Virus record (IMG/VR): IMGVR_UViG_3300046474_000274
Coordinates: 100,425-120,956 of that record
Reading direction: 5' to 3' (one strand)
DNA length: 20,532 nt
Source: a virus
Taxonomy: Duplodnaviria; Heunggongvirae; Uroviricota; Caudoviricetes
Below the pieces are notes generated by a model that searched no databases, was not told where the DNA came from, and saw nothing but the letters and a program-made list of their open reading frames with translations. How positions within the stretch are numbered: position 1 is the first letter of the stretch; each line of letters starts with the position of its first letter. The translations under genes and the position numbers were made by a program. Positions 15,829-20,532 of the stretch are shown one piece after another.

Positions 15829-15875
15829 TTGTCAAGTCCTCCCGTTTTGCGGTATTGTAAGTAAGTGCTTACTTA
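15829..15875 (+). promoter_or_regulatory. Putative promoter for the tail tube operon with operator copy 8 (15858-15875, perfect)
   Basis: TTGTCA (15829-15834) - 18 bp - TATTGT (15853-15858); TAAGTAAG-TG-CTTACTTA; AAGGAG RBS at 15907-15912. Confidence 0.75.
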
Positions 15876-15920
15876 TCTTCGTCCGCAATGGGCGAAGCTG
15901 TCGCTGAAGGAGAATGCGCA

Positions 15921-16751
15921 ATGGCCTCGTCCACCGAGAACGTAAAGCTCGGCGTTTGCAACGTTCTCTTCGACGGGATCGACCTTGGCTTCACCAAGGG
16001 CGGCGTCGAAGTGGAAGTTGCCACGTCTACGAAGGAAATTACTGTCGACCAGTTCGGTGAAACCCCGATCGGCGAAATCATCATGGGCCGCACGGTCTCG
16101 GCGAAGGTGCCGCTGGCCGAGACGACGCTCGATAACCTCGTCGCCATCATGCCGGGCTCCGAACTCATTTCCGATGGCGCCAAGGCCGTCGGCACTGTTA
16201 CGTTCGCCACCGCAGCTCCGGTCAACACCGACAGCATCTCGATCGCTGGCGCGGTCTTTACGTTCAAGACGACCCCGGTCGGCCCGAACGACATGGCAAT
16301 CCCGGCCTCGATCGGCGCTGCCGCCTCTGCGCTCGCAGCCAAGATCAACGCCAATGCCATCCCCTACGTTGCCTCTGCACTGGCCGGCGTCGTCACGGTG
16401 ACCGCGAAGAACCGCGGTGTTTCCGGCAATGGCGTGATCACCAAGACGGTCGCAACTCCGGCTAACGTCACCGTTGTCAACCTGGCAGGCGGCGTCGATG
16501 CCACCAAGGCTCAGGTCAAGGTCTCCAACGGCGTCAACACCAACCTGCTCGCACTCGCCAAGACGCTCGTGCTTCGCCCGAAGGGCACGGCCGGTGAAGA
16601 CGACTTCACCATCCACCGCGCGATGTGCCCCGGCGCCCTGAACTTCGCCTACCAGTTCGACAACGAGCGCGTCTTCTCGGCCGCCTTCAAGGGCTACGCC
16701 CTCGACGATGGCCAGCTCTTCGCGCTCGGCGACGTGACTGCGACCGGCTAA
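15921..16751 (+). CDS. Major tail (tube) protein with an internal inserted domain, 276 aa
   Basis: NVKLG.C.V.F.G.DLG.TKGGVEV.V.T....ITVDQFG tube N-terminus and AY..DNERVF...FKGY C-terminus; followed by a terminator. Confidence 0.9.
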   Translation: MASSTENVKLGVCNVLFDGIDLGFTKGGVEVEVATSTKEITVDQFGETPIGEIIMGRTVSAKVPLAETTLDNLVAIMPGSELISDGAKAVGTVTFATAAPVNTDSISIAGAVFTFKTTPVGPNDMAIPASIGAAASALAAKINANAIPYVASALAGVVTVTAKNRGVSGNGVITKTVATPANVTVVNLAGGVDATKAQVKVSNGVNTNLLALAKTLVLRPKGTAGEDDFTIHRAMCPGALNFAYQFDNERVFSAAFKGYALDDGQLFALGDVTATG

Positions 16752-16776
16752 GCGGCTCACCGCTTCTGATCATCAC

Positions 16777-16811
16777 GGCCGGCGCCTCTCACCAGGGACG
16801 CCGGTCTTTTT
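16777..16811 (+). terminator. Intrinsic terminator after the tail tube gene
   Basis: GGCCGGCGCCTCT-CACC-AGGGACGCCGGTC stem (1 mismatch, 2 G-U) followed by TTTTT; a smaller hairpin AAGCGG-CTCA-CCGCTT lies at 16750-16765. Confidence 0.7.
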
Positions 16812-16835
16812 CCTCCTGACACAAGAGAGACTGAA

Positions 16836-17192
16836 ATGACCAAGGTCATCAACATCGCTTCCCTTCGCAAGCCTGCCGCTGTCGTCATCGAGACGGAAGA
16901 TGGGAAGAAGCACGACATGGTCCCGGCGACCGTCGGCACCTTTATCGAGAACCTCAAGGAAATCGAGGAACTCGGCCTGGACGCTTCCCCGATCAAGGAA
17001 GCCGAAATGACCCTTCGCGCTATTCAGCGCGCGTTCCCGACGCTTGAGCGCTCCGAGATCGACAAGTGGACGCTCGACGTTATCCAGAGCCTCTACGAGA
17101 TGATCCTGACGGTCAACGGTGAGGTCGCTTCGAAGGATCCGGCCGTGATCGAGGAGGTCAAGAAGACGGGAAAGTCCGCGGCGGCGGAGTAA
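16836..17192 (+). CDS. Tail assembly chaperone (lambda gpG analogue)
   Basis: 118 aa between tube and tape measure genes; slippery heptamer near the 3' end. Confidence 0.85.
   Translation: MTKVINIASLRKPAAVVIETEDGKKHDMVPATVGTFIENLKEIEELGLDASPIKEAEMTLRAIQRAFPTLERSEIDKWTLDVIQSLYEMILTVNGEVASKDPAVIEEVKKTGKSAAAE
17168..17174 (+). other. Programmed -1 ribosomal frameshift site G-GGA-AAG
   Basis: X XXY YYZ heptamer in correct phase (ACG GGA AAG), identical to the lambda G/T slippery sequence; the -1 frame is open to 17539. Confidence 0.9.
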
Positions 17193-17539
17193 GCCAGATC
17201 GACCTTGGCTTCCTGATCTGCAGGGTCATGGCCGAGTATGGTTTCTCCGTCGATCAAGTCCTGGAGCTAACGGTCAAGCGGTTCTGGTTTATCTCGAACA
17301 TGATTGACCGCATCCGGGCAGAGAAGGATCTGAGGCAGATCCAGTTGATGGCGTCAGTGGGTTCGAAGGAGGCATACGAAGCCGCCTTCAAGTCACTCAA
17401 CTCTCAGGCCGGTGAGGTCTTTGTGCTCGAAAAGGAAATCCCGACGGAGATCCGGATCGACCCGAAGACCGGATTGGACCCTGAATTCGATCGTGAGGGT
17501 CTGCGGGCACTGAAGATGAAGATCGCTGCTGGCCGCTGA
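17174..17539 (+). CDS. gpT-like C-terminal extension of the tail chaperone (gpGT fusion ~234 aa)
   Basis: The -1 frame reads VRGGGVSQIDLGFLICRVMAEYGFSVDQVLELTVKRFW... without a stop from the slippery site; the track ORF 17228-17539 is its 3' part. Confidence 0.85.
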   Translation, partial: VRGGGVSQIDLGFLICRVMAEYGFSVDQVLELTVKRFWFISNMIDRIRAEKDLRQIQLMASVGSKEAYEAAFKSLNSQAGEVFVLEKEIPTEIRIDPKTGLDPEFDREGLRALKMKIAAGR

Positions 17540-17541
17540 CC

Positions 17542-17559
17542 TAAGTAAGTCCTTACTTA
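17542..17559. promoter_or_regulatory. Palindromic operator-like site, copy 9 (perfect)
   Basis: CC-TAAGTAAG-TC-CTTACTTA-GG (symmetry extends over 17540-17561); abuts the AGGA RBS of the tape measure gene. Confidence 0.8.
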
Positions 17560-17569
17560 GGAATTGATA

Positions 17570-20532
17570 ATGACGGCTATTCGCGTTGAACTTCAGCTTG
17601 CAGACGGCAGCTTCACGACCGGTATGCTCCGGGCGGGGCAGTCGCTTGCTCAGTTCCAGCGGCAGCTAATCGCAACCAATCCTAACCTCCAGAACATTGC
17701 CGCTAACGGCGGCAATGTCATTCGCTCCATGCAGGGCATGGATAGCGCGACCAAGGGCTTCCTGAGCACCATGCGCGACGTGTCGATCGTCGCCGGCATT
17801 GTCTCGATGGGCCTGTCGAAGATGACCGGCGCGGCCAATGGCTGGGTCGGTGAAATCGTCCGCATCAATGCGGAGATGGAAAAGCTCAACTATCAGATGA
17901 AGGCCATGTCCACGGCTGCCGATCCTATCAAGGACGCCGCGGACAACGTGAAGTATCTGCGCGAGCAGGCAACCCAGATGCCGTTCTCGCTGCGCACGAT
18001 CACCTCGGGCTTCGTCAAGCTGAAGGCAACCGGCACTGATCCGACCAACGGCTCGCTGAAGGCAATCGCCGACGGCATTGCGGCCTTCGGTGGTTCGGAC
18101 GAAGCCTTCAGCCGCACCATTCTCGGTATCACCCAGGCGGCCGGTAAGGGCGTCCTGCAGATGGAAGAGCTCCGTCAGCAGATCGGTGAATCGATGCCGA
18201 TTGCGATGCAGCTTCTTGCCCGCTCGATGGGCATGACGGTCGGTCAGCTCGCCAAGGAAATTCAGACCGGCACTGTCGCAGCGCGCCCCGCGCTTCAGAA
18301 GCTCTACGACGAGCTTGATCGCGTCTATGGTGGCACCGCGCAGCGCATGATGCAGACCTTCTCGGGTCAGCTCACGCAGCTCAGCACCAACTTCCAGAAC
18401 CTGGCGACCAACGAAGGCGGCCGCGGCTTCTTCGACCAGGTGAAGACGCAGCTCCGCGACATCAACCAGTTCCTGTCCGGCGACATGGCAAACCGGATCG
18501 CGACCTCGGTAGGGCAGGGACTGTCCTCGATCGTCTCCGGTATGCGCACGGCTGTCGAAGCCGCTTTTGAGTTTCGTGATGAGCTTGGCCGCATCGCCAT
18601 TCTCGTCGGTGGTGGTCTCGGCATGCTGGCGCTGGCCCGCGGCATCACGACCACGACGGCCGCTATTCAGGCTGCTGGTGCCGCCTGGTCGATCTTCCGC
18701 GTTAACATGGGCGAAGCGGTTTCCAATATCGCACTCGGGGCGAGCGGCTTCCGCAACATGGCAACCGCGGCGACCGGCGCTCAGTTCGTCTTCATGGGCA
18801 TGCGTGGGGCGCTTGGCGCTCTCGTCAGCGGTTTTGCTGCCTTCGCTCCGCTGATCGTCGGCGTCGGCGTCGCTGCCTACACGGCCGGCGAATATTTCGG
18901 CATGTTCTCCGACCGCGTCAAGGACGCCTACGAGGAGCTGAAGAAGTTCGGCGCCGAGTCCAAGCGCCAGGCCGAGGAGATCGTCAACACTCGCCGCAAG
19001 CAGCTCGAGGATCGCATCGCTGCGATGGAGAGCATGCGCTCGCAGTCGTCTCCTGGCGCATGGGACAAGAAGATCGAAGATGCCCAGGCCCAGCTTGCCG
19101 CGGTCATCGCCGAGAGCCCGAAGATCATCTCTCAGGCGGCCAAGGCCGAAACCGGCAAGGCGCTTGAGGATTACAAGCAGGGCCTCGATGAGGCAATCGC
19201 TGCCCGTCAGCGCGAATACGACAAGCTGCAGGGCGAGCAGGACAAGGCTTTCGAGTCCGATCTTGCCGCGACGAAGGATAACGAGGAGTCGAAGTCTGCG
19301 ATCACCGAGAGGTATCGCAAGCAGCTTCTGGCCAACCAGAAGAGCCTGTCGCAGGCAATCATCGGCGAATACGACGCGCGCCTGACCGCGCTGCAGGATT
19401 CGCTGAAGACGGCCGACACCGACAACAAGGAATTCATCCAGGCGCAGATCAACTTCACGCGCGGGCTCCGGAACAGCGAGTTCCAGAAGCTCACGCTGCT
19501 TGATGGTAAGACCTTCGGCGCTGACAAGACCACTGCCGGCGCCGGCAACGAGACGAAGGCTGTCGAGCGTGGTTCCAATGCGCTTGAGCGTCTGAAGGCC
19601 GATATCGCCGGCATCACCGCGAACATGAACGGTGCATCCGGCGCTGCCGCCGAAATGGCCGAGAAGATTGCTTCCGGTGACTACGGCTCGGTGAAGGAAG
19701 GTGGCGAGGAAGTCGCCAAGCTCCATGGTGAGCTGCTCGCCGCTGCCGAGGCTAAGGAAGCCCTCGACAAGGTGATGAAGGGCAACCAGAAGGCCGATCG
19801 CGACCTGGAGAACGTCCAGGAGGATATTCGCGAGCGCGAAATGAAGCTCCTCGAGCGTCAGCAGGGCAGGGAGCTCAACGACGCTCAGAAGATGCGCCTG
19901 CGTCTCGACAACGGCAGCTACTTCGGCCTCGGCCCTTACGACAACATCAAGAAGGCACTCGGCGAAGTCGTCGGCGCCATGAACGCCCAGGGTGAGGCTG
20001 CCAATCAGGTTGGCACCGTCATGCGCGAGAACACGTTCTCGAACGCCACGGTCAATCATGTGGATGGCGTCACCTCGGCTGTCGCCCGCCTGACCCAGCA
20101 GGTCAACCTGCTTCAGGGTGGGCTGAACGGCGTCAACTTCTCCGAGATCGGCAAGGGCCTCTCGGGCGGCATCACCAGCGGTCTTGGCGCCGGTGGCCAG
20201 GCTATCCGTCAGTTCTCTGGCTCGATGCTGGAGCTGATCGCCCGCGGCGAGTCCGGTGGCAACTACAATGCGACCCTCGACAACGGCGCCTGGACGGGCG
20301 GTCCGCAGAACCTCGTTGGCATGTCGCTCAACCAGGTCCGCGACCTGCAGCGCCAGATGCTCTCCAACCCCGCCAACCGTGCCAAGTATGGCGACGGCAA
20401 GGGCTCGTCTGCTCTCGGCAAGTATCAGATCGTCGGTCAGACGCTCCAGGGTCTCATGGAAGAGATGGGCCTGTCGGGCGACGAGATGTTCGATGAGAAG
20501 ATGCAGGACCAGATGGCGATGCGTCTGCTCAA
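17570..20532 (+). CDS. Tail tape measure protein (3' end outside window, >987 aa) with a lysozyme-like domain
   Basis: ATG 17570 MTAIRVELQLADGSF...; tape-measure N-terminal motif GITQAAGKGVLQMEELRQQIGESMP; hydrophobic middle; coiled coils; absent from the track only because no stop lies in the window. Confidence 0.93.
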   Translation, partial: MTAIRVELQLADGSFTTGMLRAGQSLAQFQRQLIATNPNLQNIAANGGNVIRSMQGMDSATKGFLSTMRDVSIVAGIVSMGLSKMTGAANGWVGEIVRINAEMEKLNYQMKAMSTAADPIKDAADNVKYLREQATQMPFSLRTITSGFVKLKATGTDPTNGSLKAIADGIAAFGGSDEAFSRTILGITQAAGKGVLQMEELRQQIGESMPIAMQLLARSMGMTVGQLAKEIQTGTVAARPALQKLYDELDRVYGGTAQRMMQTFSGQLTQLSTNFQNLATNEGGRGFFDQVKTQLRDINQFLSGDMANRIATSVGQGLSSIVSGMRTAVEAAFEFRDELGRIAILVGGGLGMLALARGITTTTAAIQAAGAAWSIFRVNMGEAVSNIALGASGFRNMATAATGAQFVFMGMRGALGALVSGFAAFAPLIVGVGVAAYTAGEYFGMFSDRVKDAYEELKKFGAESKRQAEEIVNTRRKQLEDRIAAMESMRSQSSPGAWDKKIEDAQAQLAAVIAESPKIISQAAKAETGKALEDYKQGLDEAIAARQREYDKLQGEQDKAFESDLAATKDNEESKSAITERYRKQLLANQKSLSQAIIGEYDARLTALQDSLKTADTDNKEFIQAQINFTRGLRNSEFQKLTLLDGKTFGADKTTAGAGNETKAVERGSNALERLKADIAGITANMNGASGAAAEMAEKIASGDYGSVKEGGEEVAKLHGELLAAAEAKEALDKVMKGNQKADRDLENVQEDIREREMKLLERQQGRELNDAQKMRLRLDNGSYFGLGPYDNIKKALGEVVGAMNAQGEAANQVGTVMRENTFSNATVNHVDGVTSAVARLTQQVNLLQGGLNGVNFSEIGKGLSGGITSGLGAGGQAIRQFSGSMLELIARGESGGNYNATLDNGAWTGGPQNLVGMSLNQVRDLQRQMLSNPANRAKYGDGKGSSALGKYQIVGQTLQGLMEEMGLSGDEMFDEKMQDQMAMRLL

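Larger units (their letters stand above)
1..20532 (+). mobile_element. Head-neck-tail morphogenesis region of a long non-contractile-tailed phage/prophage (possibly a phage-plasmid); extends beyond both window ends
   Basis: Co-oriented terS-terL-portal-scaffold-capsid-neck-tail tube-chaperone(frameshift)-tape measure synteny; no sheath gene between neck and tape measure; no integrase or att site in the window. Confidence 0.95.

Noticed and set aside
627-17559. Repeated palindrome as a CRISPR array, REP element or transposon end
   Set aside because: Copies are kilobases apart, separated by intact genes, with no spacers, cas genes, transposase or target duplications
17666-20059. 797-aa minus-strand ORF
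   Set aside because: Antisense shadow of the tape measure gene, which the track omitted because it has no stop in the window
1-20532. tRNA, rRNA, integrase, lysis cassette, reverse transcriptase/DGR repeats
   Set aside because: No supporting sequence seen; intergenic gaps are short and explained by promoters, operators and terminators

Overview
A GC-rich virion morphogenesis region of a tailed dsDNA phage or prophage with siphovirus gene order, almost all on the + strand. The order is: a pre-terminase cluster (ParB/Srx-like protein, stand-alone ABC ATPase, DUF2829/Tad2-like protein, HAD phosphatase, small membrane protein, GNAT-fold protein, winged-HTH protein), then terS, terL, portal, scaffold, major capsid, a two-gene accessory cassette with an SGNH hydrolase, head completion and neck genes, one reverse-strand secreted-protein gene (moron-like), tail tube, tail chaperones joined by an in-phase GGGAAAG -1 frameshift, and a tape measure protein that runs off the window and contains a lysozyme-like domain. 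The clearest non-coding signal is an 18-bp palindrome, TAAGTAAG-NN-CTTACTTA. It occurs as 5 perfect and 4 variant copies, all intergenic, and four copies overlap sigma70-like promoters, which suggests a single-regulator operator network. From recalled gene order the element resembles SSU5/pHCM2-type and rhizobial RHEph10/pLM21S1-type phage-plasmids, and the host may be alphaproteobacterial; both are unverified inferences. All product calls come from motifs and synteny read by eye, and no database searches were run.
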